64,000 nucleotides of DNA from Candidatus Aenigmatarchaeota archaeon (GCA_041489155.1 JBGPQP010000003.1:1-64000), one strand, 5' to 3'; counted from the stretch's first letter, positions 17,127 to 27,916 are shown. A program made the numbers and translations. Notes: generated by a model not told the origin, from the letters alone.

Positions 17127-18266
17127 TCAAACGCCTTCCGGCCTTTCGCCGAGGGTGACGGAGAATTTCTTGAACTCGCCGTCCCTGTACACCTCGACCT
17201 CGACCTTTTCGTCCGGCTTGTACTTCAACAGCGCGTTAAAGAGGCCTGCGTTATTCTGTATTTTCTGGCCTCCGATGTCGACTATGATGTCGCCAAGCAC
17301 GAAGTCCTTTTTGCCGGGCGTGGAGATGGTTTCCATAAGGCCCGCTTCCCTGGCCGGGCTGTACCCAAAGAAGTCGACTATGAGCACCCCGTAATCGACG
17401 CCTAGGCTCCACGTATTTACCATGTTCTCGTTGACGTCGACGGTCGTGACTCCGAGCCACGGCCTCGTCACCTTGCCGCTCTCTATTATCTCCTTGTAAA
17501 TCTTACTGACAGTGTTTATCGGGATGGCGAAGCCTATGCCTTCCGAGCCGCCGGACTGCGAGATTATTGCGGTGTTTACTCCTATTACCTTTCCTTCCAT
17601 GTCTATCAGCGGGCCTCCGGAATTGCCGGGATTGACCGCTGCGTCGGTCTGGATCACCTTTTCTATTATGTAGCCGCTTTCGGATTCCAGCTGCCTGTTG
17701 ACAGCGGATACTATGCCGAGCGTTATGGTGTTCTGTAGCCTGAACGGGCTGCCTATGGCGACGACGAATCTGCCTTCCCTCACGTTGTCAGAGTCGCCTA
17801 TCTCGACCGCCTTCAGCCTGCTGGATGGCGCTATCTTCAGCACAGCGACGTCATTCAGCGGGTCCGCACCCCTCAGCGTCGCGGCGTATTCCTCTCCGTT
17901 CTGCAGGACAACGGTGATGTTGGACGCGTCTGCGACCACATGGTTGTTCGTGACGACATACCCGTCTTCAGACACGATGAAACCCGAGCCTGAGGCCTGG
18001 GAGGCGGTGACGCCAAAAATAGTTTGCGTGTATTTTACCGAGTTTATGTAGACAACAGAGCCGTTGGTTTTGCCGAGGATGCCTGTTATCGTCTGCTCGA
18101 GCGAAATCGTATCGTTGGAATAGAATCTCTCTACTATGACATTCGGCCCGCCTTCGGCCTGCGATGGCGCGAGGAGGTAGAATGTAACGGCTGAGCCGGT
18201 TATGCCGCCCAGAAAAGCGGCTATTATAAGGAAATAAAAAATATGGGTTGCTTTTACGGATTTCAT
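17127..18266 (-). CDS. htrA: HtrA/DegP-like membrane-anchored serine protease with PDZ domain
   Basis: N-terminal TM; GSGF, TNNHV, DVAVL, QTDAAVNPGNSGGPL. Confidence 0.93.
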   Translation of the reverse strand: MKSVKATHIFYFLIIAAFLGGITGSAVTFYLLAPSQAEGGPNVIVERFYSNDTISLEQTITGILGKTNGSVVYINSVKYTQTIFGVTASQASGSGFIVSEDGYVVTNNHVVADASNITVVLQNGEEYAATLRGADPLNDVAVLKIAPSSRLKAVEIGDSDNVREGRFVVAIGSPFRLQNTITLGIVSAVNRQLESESGYIIEKVIQTDAAVNPGNSGGPLIDMEGKVIGVNTAIISQSGGSEGIGFAIPINTVSKIYKEIIESGKVTRPWLGVTTVDVNENMVNTWSLGVDYGVLIVDFFGYSPAREAGLMETISTPGKKDFVLGDIIVDIGGQKIQNNAGLFNALLKYKPDEKVEVEVYRDGEFKKFSVTLGERPEGV

Positions 18267-18271
18267 GACAA

Positions 18272-18874
18272 TTATAATGTACGAATTTTTAAAAACTTTT
18301 CTCTTTTCTCAACCTCTTCCTCAAGATGATTTCTCAGCTTTACAAAAGCCTTCATCCTGTGGGAGATGCGATTCTTGTCCTTTGCCTTCATCTCGGCGAA
18401 TGTCTTCGAATGCCCGGCAGGTATGAAAATCCTGTCCCAATCGAAGCGTCTTTTGCCCTTCGGCCTTCTGGCTATTCTGCCGTCAATGCTGCCTGAAAAA
18501 GTCTTCATCTTATCCCCGTCGTAATACGCTACGTACGCTTCCGCCCTCGCTTTCTTGTCGAGGCCCACCATCCTGCAGACGCCGTCGATGCCTATGGTCT
18601 TCACGACCCAGGCGATGAACGGGCCCGGGAAGTTTTTCCACGACCTTATGTATAGCGAGGTGTCCTCCACTATCACGGGCTTTTTGAGCTTTTCATAGGC
18701 CTTCTTTGCCTTGTCCCTGACTATCTTTTTGGCCTTCATGGATTGTATTTCAACGATATCGACCTTTGCCTGCTTTATCAGGACATCCTCAAGCGGGGCC
18801 AGTATCTCTTTTGCTTCCCTGAACTTGTTCTTGTTTGTTGTGACGAAATGGACTTCCATTATCTTTTCCATCAT
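18272..18874 (-). CDS. rdgB: Non-canonical purine NTP pyrophosphatase (RdgB/HAM1)
   Basis: TTNKNK, EDTSL, FPGP, SHR. Confidence 0.9.
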   Translation of the reverse strand: MMEKIMEVHFVTTNKNKFREAKEILAPLEDVLIKQAKVDIVEIQSMKAKKIVRDKAKKAYEKLKKPVIVEDTSLYIRSWKNFPGPFIAWVVKTIGIDGVCRMVGLDKKARAEAYVAYYDGDKMKTFSGSIDGRIARRPKGKRRFDWDRIFIPAGHSKTFAEMKAKDKNRISHRMKAFVKLRNHLEEEVEKREKFLKIRTL

Positions 18875-18906
18875 ATTAAATAATGAACAGAAGCTAATTT
18901 AACTAT

Positions 18907-19836
18907 ATGAGGGGAACGTTTTATCTCATTCTGACAGGCATGTTTCTCGGCACGACGGGCATATGGGCGAAGCTCGTAGGCGCGAGCGTATCGCCGTTCC
19001 TGCTCACGATTTTCAGGACCATCCTGTCCGCGCTCATGATCGTGCTGCTGGTGATTTTTTCGAAAAACATAAAGACGATGGAGAACCTCGGCATGAGGAA
19101 GAAGGATTTGCCTCTTTTCCTTGCAGCGGGCTTTTTCGGCGTGACCATCGGCTTCGGCCTATACATCAAGTCTTTCTCTTTCATTCCTGTTGCGAATGCC
19201 GTCGCGCTCGTCTACGTCTACCCCGTCGTGACAGCGCTGCTTTCCTTTGTCTTCCTGCGGGAGAAGATAACCAAGCGAGAGATAGCCGCAGTTTTCCTCA
19301 TCCTTCTCGGCATATGGTCGATATACGCGCCCGAGATGAGCTTCGCTTCCAACGCCTTCGGCAACCTGCTCGCGCTGGCGGCGGGGATTGGCTATTCCGT
19401 CTTCATAGTGTTCATGCGCTATTTCGAAGCGAAGGGGATGCCATACTGGAAGGTCACGTTCTGGCCCCTTTTAATCGGAGGCGTGATACTCTGCTTCCTG
19501 CTACCCCTCGAATCACTCGCATTCTCGCCGTCAGGCCTCGTCCCGCTTTTCATTCTGGGCATAGCGCTTTCCAGCTTCTTCGGCTACATCCTTTATGCGG
19601 AAGGCCTGAAGACGGTCAGGGCGCACGACGCTGTCATAATCGCCGCCCTGCTTGAACCCTTGACAGCAATACTACTTGCCCTCTTTCTGCTTGGCGAAGC
19701 GCTGCCGCCCTACGTCGCGATAGGCGCCGCGCTGATCATCGCTGCCAACGTCATCGTAGGCAGGGAGCACAAGAAAAAGCGCATGGAAAAGCACAAGCAA
19801 AAAAGCGGCAAGCCTGGTTTCGGATGGGTGTGGTGA
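18907..19836 (+). CDS. EamA/DMT family transporter
   Basis: About 10 TM segments, duplicated EamA pattern (FLREK; LEP...LLGE). Confidence 0.88.
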   Translation: MRGTFYLILTGMFLGTTGIWAKLVGASVSPFLLTIFRTILSALMIVLLVIFSKNIKTMENLGMRKKDLPLFLAAGFFGVTIGFGLYIKSFSFIPVANAVALVYVYPVVTALLSFVFLREKITKREIAAVFLILLGIWSIYAPEMSFASNAFGNLLALAAGIGYSVFIVFMRYFEAKGMPYWKVTFWPLLIGGVILCFLLPLESLAFSPSGLVPLFILGIALSSFFGYILYAEGLKTVRAHDAVIIAALLEPLTAILLALFLLGEALPPYVAIGAALIIAANVIVGREHKKKRMEKHKQKSGKPGFGWVW

Positions 19837-19873
19837 GGCGACTTTTTATTAAACCAGCCGCCAATTTCTATGC

Positions 19874-21946
19874 ATGATGCTGGGGCGAATCTCGGGAAGC
19901 GTAACGACCAAGGACTTCAGCTTCAAGGCCGAGGCGAAGGTCAAGAAACTGCAGTACGTCGCGGTGAAGGATTATGAGGGCAAGTGGATCCTTAGCTACG
20001 TCGATTCGATAACGAATTACATGAACAACACCGTGGCGAAGGCGAAGGTCATAGGCTTCCGCGATTCTAGGAATTTCCTGAAACCGCTCGCGATCCCCTT
20101 CGAACCGGGCACGCCGGTCTACCTTGCCGACGACGAGCTGATAAAAATGACGCTCGGCCTGAAAGACGATGGTTTGTACATGGGCATTCTAGAGGGTTAT
20201 AACATCCCCGTCAACCTGCCGGTCAAGCATCTCATCACAAAACACGTCGCGATTTTGGCGAAGACAGGCACGGGCAAATCCTACGCGGCAGGCGTATTGC
20301 TAGAGGAGCTCGCCGAAAAAAACATTCCTGCGGTCATAATCGACCCGCACGGCGAATACCGCACGCTAGTTGAGGAGAACAAGAAGGAAAACGAGGTCTC
20401 GCAGATGAAGCGCTTCGGCATCGAGCCGAGGTCCTACAAGGACAAGATACAGGTTTTCGACCTCGGCGTCCAGAACCCGATAAAGCTTGATGCGAAGCTC
20501 ACCGCCGACGAGCTGTTCGAGATGCTGCCTACGAGAATCTCGCCCGGCCAGGAAAGCCTGCTGTACGCGGCGATAAAGAATCTGCTCGGCAAGGACTACA
20601 CGCTGAAGAACGTGGTCGAGGAGATTAATTCGACGGACAGCAGCGCGAAACGCAACCTTGCCTCGCTGCTGGAATATCTTGAAGGCACGAAGCTGTTCTC
20701 GGCGAACCCGACGAAGCCCGACGATCTCGTGAAGGAAGGGAAGCTCACGATAATCGACCTCAAGGAAGCGAACCCGGACATCCAGCAGATAGTGGTCTTC
20801 AAGCTCGCGAAGGAGCTTTTCAACGCGAGGAAATACGGCAAGATTCCTGAATTCTTCTTCGTGCTCGAGGAGGCGCACAACTTCTGCCCCGAGCGGGGGC
20901 TTGGCGAAGTCGCCAGCTCGAAAATCCTGCGCACTATCGCATCCGAAGGCCGCAAGTTTGGCGTAGGCCTCTGCATAATTTCCCAGAGACCTGCGAAGGT
21001 CGACAAGAACGTTTTGTCCCAGTGTTCCACGCAGATCATATTGAAAGTCACCAATCCGAACGACATCCGCGCGATAATGGATTCGGTGGAAGGGATAGAA
21101 CTCGGAACGCGCGAGGAGATCAAGGACCTGCCAGTGGGAATAGGCATGATCGTCGGCGTCACGGAGCAGCCCCTCATAATCGACATCCGAATTCGAAAGA
21201 GCCAGCACGGCGGCGAGGCGATAGTCAAGGCGATGGAGCCCGGCGAGGAGCCGGAAGGCGAGACGGCGACGTCGTATGAGAGCAAACTCCCGCTGTTCGC
21301 CCCGAGATTTTTCGAGGAAGATGTATTGCGAATCTTCAAAGGCGTCGATGACATCAAGTTCCTCAATTACCCGATGTGGAAAGCTTCCGCCGTCCGCCAT
21401 GGCGAAGACGTCGAGTTCTATGTCGACGGCATAACAGGCGAGCTCGCGTACGGCAGCGACTCCATCGAAACAAGCAGCGGCATAAACGACCTGCTCGAGC
21501 TTTCCAACGCGGAGAGGAGCGTGCTTCTCCACGTAATAATGAGCAAGGACAAAGGCGATTCCATAGAAAGAATTTCCAACGATTTGAAAATCCTGCTGAG
21601 CACCGCGCAATCGACGCTGAAGTCCCTGATGGAGAAGAAACTTGTCACGAGCGACGGCAGCACTTATCACGCGATTCCGAAACTCAAAATCCCCGCAGAT
21701 CCTTCACATATGAAAATCGACCGCAAGATAATCGAGCGCGACCGCGAGGGCGAGACGCTCGATTTCACCATAACGGCGGACTTCGTAAAGAAAGTCGCCG
21801 ACATCTGGGAGATGCGCGTGCTCGAGGTCAAACCCGTTTATTATCCTTATTGGGTCATCACGCACAAGAAGAAGAAATTCCTAGTCAACGCCCTCAGCAA
21901 CCGCTTGGAGACCGACAAGTCGAAGGCGATGAAAGGCAGTCTCTAA
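19874..21946 (+). CDS. HerA/FtsK-family ATPase with C-terminal extension (probable winged HTH)
   Basis: HAS-barrel-like N-terminus; AKTGTGKS, DPHGEY, EEAHNF, EGRKFG, SQRP. Confidence 0.88.
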   Translation: MMLGRISGSVTTKDFSFKAEAKVKKLQYVAVKDYEGKWILSYVDSITNYMNNTVAKAKVIGFRDSRNFLKPLAIPFEPGTPVYLADDELIKMTLGLKDDGLYMGILEGYNIPVNLPVKHLITKHVAILAKTGTGKSYAAGVLLEELAEKNIPAVIIDPHGEYRTLVEENKKENEVSQMKRFGIEPRSYKDKIQVFDLGVQNPIKLDAKLTADELFEMLPTRISPGQESLLYAAIKNLLGKDYTLKNVVEEINSTDSSAKRNLASLLEYLEGTKLFSANPTKPDDLVKEGKLTIIDLKEANPDIQQIVVFKLAKELFNARKYGKIPEFFFVLEEAHNFCPERGLGEVASSKILRTIASEGRKFGVGLCIISQRPAKVDKNVLSQCSTQIILKVTNPNDIRAIMDSVEGIELGTREEIKDLPVGIGMIVGVTEQPLIIDIRIRKSQHGGEAIVKAMEPGEEPEGETATSYESKLPLFAPRFFEEDVLRIFKGVDDIKFLNYPMWKASAVRHGEDVEFYVDGITGELAYGSDSIETSSGINDLLELSNAERSVLLHVIMSKDKGDSIERISNDLKILLSTAQSTLKSLMEKKLVTSDGSTYHAIPKLKIPADPSHMKIDRKIIERDREGETLDFTITADFVKKVADIWEMRVLEVKPVYYPYWVITHKKKKFLVNALSNRLETDKSKAMKGSL

Positions 21947-22671
21947 TTACTGATTTCGCATATCTCAGGCATCTTGCGCTTGTGCCTCGAGCGGTTGATC
22001 ATGTCCATGACCTTCGCCGCCTGCCTGGAAGTCTGCTGCTTGCCGTTTTCCATCGACCAGAGGATTAAATCGAGCTGCCCGTATCCCATCCCTATCTCCT
22101 TCTCGTCCGTCTGGCCTTTCCAAAGGCCGGCAGAAGGTTTCGCCTTTATGATTTCCTTCGGGATGCCGAGATGTTTCGCGAGTTCGACGATCTGCGTCTT
22201 GTAGAGGCCGCCTATCGGCTCTAGGTCGGCGGCGGCATCGCCGTGCTTCGTGAAGTAGCCGATCCAGAGTTCCGACCTGTTAGACGTGCCGAGGACGAGG
22301 TAATTGTGCTTGTTGGCGAAGTAGTAAAGTGCCGCCATTCTGAGGCGGGCCTTGAGGTTGCCGTGAATTTTTTTGCCGCCCGGCGGGAGGCTTTTCCTGA
22401 ATTGTCTGAACACGGGAGTTAGGTTGATCCGCCTGGTTTCGATGCCGAATTTTTTGGCGACGAGTTGCGCGAACTTCGCGTCTTTGGGGTTCGAATCGCA
22501 GGGCAGTATCACGCCAAGAACATTTTTCCCCAGCGCGCGCTTCGCGATGGCGGCGACTACGCTCGAGTCGACGCCGCCGCTCATGCCGACAACGACGCCT
22601 TTCGCGTTAGTCTCTTTGACCTTGGTGGCGAGCCATTTTTCAATCCTGTCGCTGGTATCGATGGGATTCAT
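21943..22671 (-). CDS. nadE: NH3-dependent NAD+ synthetase
   Basis: SGGVDS, NLKARLRM, GYFTKHGD, PSAGLW.GQTDE; no glutaminase domain. Confidence 0.95.
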   Translation of the reverse strand: MNPIDTSDRIEKWLATKVKETNAKGVVVGMSGGVDSSVVAAIAKRALGKNVLGVILPCDSNPKDAKFAQLVAKKFGIETRRINLTPVFRQFRKSLPPGGKKIHGNLKARLRMAALYYFANKHNYLVLGTSNRSELWIGYFTKHGDAAADLEPIGGLYKTQIVELAKHLGIPKEIIKAKPSAGLWKGQTDEKEIGMGYGQLDLILWSMENGKQQTSRQAAKVMDMINRSRHKRKMPEICEISN

Positions 22672-22708
22672 AACATCATAGAGAATAAATTAGATTCTTT
22701 ATTTAAAA

Positions 22709-23000
22709 TTAAAGGAATTTGATAAAATCGTCCCATTCCTTTTTAAACCATTCCTCTGCCAACTTTTTTGCCTTTTTGTATTCATAAGCTTTCATCAGCC
22801 TCATGTAACTAAATATGTTTAGATCTGGGTCAGGATCATCGCCGTGTTTAAATTTGTCATAAATTTTGTCCATTAGCAATTCGTACAAAAATTCTCCGTA
22901 TTTGCGCTCTTTCTTCCTTGGGCTACCTAAATATCCCGCTATCCCGATTAAACGGTATATCTCATCAAGGTATTTCTCCCCATTCTTTTTAGAAGGTCAA
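22709..23000 (-). pseudogene. Possible frameshifted AT-rich ORF remnant
   Basis: Protein-like segments EKYLDEIYRLIG...YELLMDK and FYDKFKHGDD...WDDFIKFL lie in different frames, joined at an AAAATTTT run. Confidence 0.35.
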
Positions 23001-23106
23001 GGAAACTTATAAGCGGCGCTGTACAGCTTTTTTTGGAGCAAGTTCAGCGATGGAGCTTGGACTGGAAGCTAATAAAAAGAAAAAGAAAGGAAGGCGATTA
23101 TGTAAA

Positions 23107-24378
23107 TTACTTCGCCTTCACGACGTCAATCACAATTCCGGCTGCGATGGTCTTGCCCATGTCGCGGATCGCGAACTTCGCAAGCTCCGGGAATTCTGAC
23201 TGCTTCTCCATCACAATAGGCTGCGTCGGCTGAACCTTGATTATCGCTGCATCGCCAGGCTTCAGCATGTCCGGGTTCTCCTGCAGGACAGCGCCAGTCT
23301 TCGGGTCGAGCTTCTTGACGAGTTCCATTATCCTGCCTGCCATGTGCGCTGTGTGGCAGTGGAACACCGGCGTGTAACCCTTCGTTATGACCGTCGGGTG
23401 CTGCAGAACGATTATCTGCGCGGTGAACTCTTTCGCGACAGTCGGCGGGCTGTTCAGATGGCCGGCGACGTCGCCGCGTTTAACGTCGGTCTTTGAAATG
23501 CCTCTTACGTTGAAGCCGACGTTATCGCCAGGCTCTGCTTTCGCAAGCTGCTTGTGGTGCATCTCGACCGATTTCACCTCGCCCTGCACTCCGGAAGGCT
23601 CGAAGATCAGCTTGTCTCCCGGCTTAAGTATGCCTGTTTCTACCCTTCCGACCGGGACAGTTCCAACGCCTGTTATCGTGAAGACGTCCTGCACCGGAAG
23701 TCTCAGCGGCTTGTGCAGCGGCTTCTCGGGCGGAGTGATCGCGATGTCAAGCGCCTCTACAAGCGTCGGCCCGCTGTACCAGGACATGTTGGTAGATTTC
23801 TTGAAAACATTGTCGCCCAGATAGGCAGAGCATGCCACCATCGGGATCTTGTCCGGCTTGTAACCAAGCGTCTGAAGCAGCTTCGTTACCTCGGTCTTGG
23901 TCTTCTCGTACGCGGCCTTCTCGTAGTTCACTGCGTCCATCTTGTTTATCGCGACTACAAGCTGGCCGATGCCAAGGACCTTTGCCAGATACAGGTGCTC
24001 TCTCGTCTGCTCCTGGATGCCATCCTTCGCGGATACGACAAGTATCGCTGCGTCGGCCTGGCTCGCTCCTGTGATCATGTTCTTGACGAAGTCCCTGTGG
24101 CCGGGGCAGTCGATGACCGTGAAATAGTACTTGTGAGTCTCGAATTCCTTGTGCATGAGGTCAATGGTCAAGCCTCTTTCCCTCTCTTCCTTGAGGTTGT
24201 CCATGACGAAGGCGAACTCGAACGTTTCCTTTTTCAGTTCTTTGGCCTTCTCCTTGAGCTTCCTGAGCTCCTGCTCCGGAATCGCTCCTGAATCGAAAAG
24301 CAACCTACCTATAAGTGTAGATTTGCCGTGGTCTACGTGACCAGACGTTATTATGTTGATGTGCGGTTTCTCTGCCAT
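23107..24378 (-). CDS. tuf: Elongation factor 1-alpha
   Basis: [36 protein letters not shown]. Confidence 0.98.
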   Translation of the reverse strand: MAEKPHINIITSGHVDHGKSTLIGRLLFDSGAIPEQELRKLKEKAKELKKETFEFAFVMDNLKEERERGLTIDLMHKEFETHKYYFTVIDCPGHRDFVKNMITGASQADAAILVVSAKDGIQEQTREHLYLAKVLGIGQLVVAINKMDAVNYEKAAYEKTKTEVTKLLQTLGYKPDKIPMVACSAYLGDNVFKKSTNMSWYSGPTLVEALDIAITPPEKPLHKPLRLPVQDVFTITGVGTVPVGRVETGILKPGDKLIFEPSGVQGEVKSVEMHHKQLAKAEPGDNVGFNVRGISKTDVKRGDVAGHLNSPPTVAKEFTAQIIVLQHPTVITKGYTPVFHCHTAHMAGRIMELVKKLDPKTGAVLQENPDMLKPGDAAIIKVQPTQPIVMEKQSEFPELAKFAIRDMGKTIAAGIVIDVVKAK

Positions 24379-24533
24379 GTCATCCCTCCCAAACGTTTTA
24401 TTAAGATCATCACGATCTTAACTGCTCATCTGACCTTATGGCCCGATGGGTTTTATACTATTGTATAAAGGATTTATATATAAATATTATTTATAAAGGT
24501 TTCGACGCAAAATATAGCCGATATCGCTCGTTT

Positions 24534-24902
24534 TTAGTCCTTGCCGACGCCTTCCCTGAGCATGCGCTCGCCCTTGCCGCGCTGCATGTAATACATGCCC
24601 ATGCCTATGAAGAGCATGCCCATCCCCACAAGAACGAAGGAAAGCCACGGGAAGCAGTTCTCGTCCACCGTTCCATCACAGTTGTCGTCCAGCGAGTTGC
24701 CGCAAACTTCGCTTTCCATGGGCACGACCGCGCCCTCGCACTCGCCCCAATTTCCTTCCTTGCAGATAGATCTGCCGGGTTCGCATATGCCCACGTCCGA
24801 GCCGCAGAGGCGCCTTTCGCCTTCCCTGCAGTCCTGTGCGCTGGCAGGAAACGCCATAATAATGACCAGAAACAGCGCCAGGGCAATGAAAGCGAATCTC
24901 AT
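24534..24902 (-). CDS. Small exported Cys-rich membrane-anchored protein with putative metal-binding motif
   Basis: Signal peptide ending ASA; EVCGNSLDDNCDGTVDE motif; C-terminal TM. Confidence 0.75.
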   Translation of the reverse strand: MRFAFIALALFLVIIMAFPASAQDCREGERRLCGSDVGICEPGRSICKEGNWGECEGAVVPMESEVCGNSLDDNCDGTVDENCFPWLSFVLVGMGMLFIGMGMYYMQRGKGERMLREGVGKD

Positions 24903-24945
24903 GTTTAGAAATTGGCACAGCGGAATTAAAACCATTTCATCCGGT

Positions 24946-27357
24946 TTATTTCATTATCTCCAGCGCGATCTTGAACTTCTCCGTTTCTGTCGTCTTCTCT
25001 TTAAGCTTCCCTATCTTCGCGCTCTCGATTTTCATGGTCTTCTGGATATCCCTGAGAACGGGCCTGACCGCGTTGGAAGCAATGGTCACGGCCTTAAGAG
25101 GCTGCGGCATAGGCATCGAGTTCGCCGACTTGAACTTCCTTATCGCCGCGATTACATCGATTGCCATGTCCCCCGCCTTCTCGGCCTTCCTGCTCGCGAG
25201 CGAGCTGTCCAATTGCGGCCATGCGGAGATGTGGATGCTCTTTTTGTCCTCGGCTTTAGCGAAATAAAGATGGTAAATCTCCTCGGTGATGTGCGGCATG
25301 ATGGGAGCCATGAGCTTCAGGATGGAGAGCAAAACGTAGTAAAGCGTATACTTCGCGGAGTCGACTTCCCACTGCTCATAAGCAGAGGAGTTGTAGAGCC
25401 TGTCTTTCGCGATTTCCAGATAATAATCGCAGAAAGTGTGCCAGAAGAAATTCTCGGTCTCGACCTTCGCTTTCGAATACTCGTATTTCCCGAAGGCGAT
25501 GGTCGAAGCCTTTATGATGTTGCTTATCTTCGAAAGAATCCACTTGTCAATTTCAGTGAACTTTTCCGGCTTATCCGGTTTGTAGTCTTTAAGATGCATA
25601 AGCGTGAATTTGGAGGCGTTCCAGAGCTTCGTCACGAACTTGCTGCCGGTGATGAAATCCTTTTCCTGGTACGGAAGATCTTCACCTAGCTTAGAGCCGG
25701 CTGCCCAGAAGCGCAGCGAATCGGCGCCGTATTTTTCGGTGAGCGTCTGCGGCTCGATTACATTGCCTTTGGATTTCGACATCTTCTTGCCGTGCGGGTC
25801 GAGCGCCCAGCCTGATATCATTATGTCCTTCCACGGATTGACGGTGTTGTGCATCTGGGACTTGACGACGGTGTTGAAGAGCCAGAAGGTTATGATGTCG
25901 TGCGCCTGCGGCCGCAAAGACATCGGATAAAGCTTCGCATAAACCTGGGGGAATAGCGAGGCAGCGATTTGCGGCGTTAACGATGAAGTAGCCCACGTGT
26001 CGAGCACGTCATGGTCGCCGCGGAAAGCGCGGGAGCCGCACTTGCAAGCGTGCTTGGGCTTGTCAACCATCGGGTCAACGGGCAGGTCGATTTCTTCGGG
26101 CAGCATGACCTCTCCGCATTTCTCGCAGAACCACACGGGTACAGGCACGCCGAAGCTCCTCTGCCTTGAGATGTTCCAGTCCCATTTCAGGCCCTTTATC
26201 CAGTTGTCGTAGCGCGAGCGCATGAAGGCAGGGTACCATTTCATCCGCCTTCCAGCATCAAGGAACTGCCTCTTGAGGTCGAGGTAGCGGATGAACCACT
26301 GCTCCGTCATCAGGATTTCCATTTCCGCTCCGCATCTCTCGTGGACGTTCACGACATGAGTGATCTTCTCTATCTTCTCTATGCGGTTTTCATGCTTCAT
26401 GTCATCGATTATGGCGTTCCTCGCCTCATGCGAGTTCATGCCGGCGTATTTCCCGGCCTTCTCGTTCAGCCTGCCGTCCTTGTTCATTATCTCTATCGGA
26501 GGGATCCTGTATTTCTCCATCCATTCCACGTCGTCCATGTCACCGAATGTGCAGTGATACACGGCGCCGCTCCCGAACGCCGGGTCGACGTCCGTGTTTG
26601 CCATGATGTCGACCTCGCGGTTGAAGAATGGTATCCTGGCCTTGGCGCCGATGAATTTTTTGTAGCGCTCGTCCTGCGGGTGGACATGCATCATGACGCA
26701 AGCGGGCAGCAGCTCAGGCCTCGTCGTCGCGATGGTTATCTGCTCGCCTATGCTTGTGTCGAATTTCATGTAGACGAAGCGCGATTCCTGCTGCTTGTCC
26801 TTCATCTCCACCTGCGCTATCGACGTCTGGCATTCGGGACACCAGAGGAACGGCGTGCGCTTTCTGTAAATCCTTCCGGCATTGTAAAGGTCGATGAAGG
26901 ATTTCTGCGAGATCTTCTGACAGTGCTCGTTTATGGTCGTGTAGTAGATCGACCAGTCGCAGCTCATGCCTATCCTCTTCCAGTCGTGGATGTACTTCGG
27001 CCTCACGGTCTTGAGCGTCTCGAGGACCAGATTGACGAATTCCTTCCTGCCCATCTCCGTCCCTTTGACGCCTTTTTCCTTCTCGACAAGGCGTATGGTC
27101 GCAAGGCCGTTGTCGTCCGTGCCGAAGGGATAGAATATCTCGAAGCCGTTCATGCGCTTGAAGCGGATGACGAAGTCCTGCTGTGAGTATGAGAACGCGT
27201 GTCCCAGGTGCATCTTGCCCGAAACAGTAGGAGGCGGCGTGTCTATCGAGAAAACCGGCTTCTCGCTTTCAGGGTTGAATTTGAAAATCCCTTCCTTCTC
27301 CCAATATGCCTGCCACTTCTCCTCGCTTTCGCGGAAATTGTAGTCTTTGGGGAACAT
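24946..27357 (-). CDS. valS: Valyl-tRNA synthetase (archaeal type)
   Basis: DTPPPTVSG..HLGH, WNISRQR, DVLDTW, KMSKS. Confidence 0.96.
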   Translation of the reverse strand: MFPKDYNFRESEEKWQAYWEKEGIFKFNPESEKPVFSIDTPPPTVSGKMHLGHAFSYSQQDFVIRFKRMNGFEIFYPFGTDDNGLATIRLVEKEKGVKGTEMGRKEFVNLVLETLKTVRPKYIHDWKRIGMSCDWSIYYTTINEHCQKISQKSFIDLYNAGRIYRKRTPFLWCPECQTSIAQVEMKDKQQESRFVYMKFDTSIGEQITIATTRPELLPACVMMHVHPQDERYKKFIGAKARIPFFNREVDIMANTDVDPAFGSGAVYHCTFGDMDDVEWMEKYRIPPIEIMNKDGRLNEKAGKYAGMNSHEARNAIIDDMKHENRIEKIEKITHVVNVHERCGAEMEILMTEQWFIRYLDLKRQFLDAGRRMKWYPAFMRSRYDNWIKGLKWDWNISRQRSFGVPVPVWFCEKCGEVMLPEEIDLPVDPMVDKPKHACKCGSRAFRGDHDVLDTWATSSLTPQIAASLFPQVYAKLYPMSLRPQAHDIITFWLFNTVVKSQMHNTVNPWKDIMISGWALDPHGKKMSKSKGNVIEPQTLTEKYGADSLRFWAAGSKLGEDLPYQEKDFITGSKFVTKLWNASKFTLMHLKDYKPDKPEKFTEIDKWILSKISNIIKASTIAFGKYEYSKAKVETENFFWHTFCDYYLEIAKDRLYNSSAYEQWEVDSAKYTLYYVLLSILKLMAPIMPHITEEIYHLYFAKAEDKKSIHISAWPQLDSSLASRKAEKAGDMAIDVIAAIRKFKSANSMPMPQPLKAVTIASNAVRPVLRDIQKTMKIESAKIGKLKEKTTETEKFKIALEIMK

Positions 27358-27423
27358 AATCTCGCCTTCTGGTTTTGCCGGTGAATAAAATCTACATTAT
27401 ATTTATGATTTAATAAAACAAGC

Positions 27424-27864
27424 CTATTTTAAAAGCGCTTTTTTGCGCGCCTCTTCTGCGACGTGTTTCAGGGGAACGAGTATTATGAGAACTATCGCCG
27501 TCGTCACGAAAGCCGCCAGGTAATAGCCTATGCCCACAGCGAGGCCTATAGCGCCGACAACCCACAGCTCAGCCGCGGTGGTGAGGCCGATCACTCTCTC
27601 TTCCGACTTGAATATGACTCCGCCGCCTATGAAGCCTATGCCCGTCACCACGCCGGCAGCGATGCGCGACGCATCGACGTTGTTGCCGCTGAAGCTGAAT
27701 GATATAACGGTGAACAGCGCGGCTCCCATGCAGACCAGCGAGTGCGTCCGCAAACCCGCGGGCCTCTTGTGGACTTCCCTTTCGTATCCCAGCAGCAGGC
27801 CAAGGCCTGCAGAAACGATTAGTTTCAGAACTAGTTCGATTTCCAGCGGAGAAAAGAAGGCCAT
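27424..27864 (-). CDS. MgtC/SapB family membrane protein
   Basis: GYERE..RPAGLRTH, SRIAAGVVTGIGFIGGG, GLTTAA. Confidence 0.92.
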   Translation of the reverse strand: MAFFSPLEIELVLKLIVSAGLGLLLGYEREVHKRPAGLRTHSLVCMGAALFTVISFSFSGNNVDASRIAAGVVTGIGFIGGGVIFKSEERVIGLTTAAELWVVGAIGLAVGIGYYLAAFVTTAIVLIILVPLKHVAEEARKKALLK

Positions 27865-27916
27865 AATAAAATTTTGTCCAAAGTAATTAATAAGCATTCC
27901 AGGACATACTAATTTT

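Noticed and set aside
20366..21670. Long antisense ORFs (also 24595-25689, 34055-34987, 61140-61991 and others)
   Set aside because: Expected shadows of genes with G/C-ending codons; no recognisable motifs
19874..22671. HerA plus NAD gene as a Sir2-HerA-like defence system
   Set aside because: The neighbour is a convergent housekeeping nadE; no Sir2 or nuclease partner is adjacent
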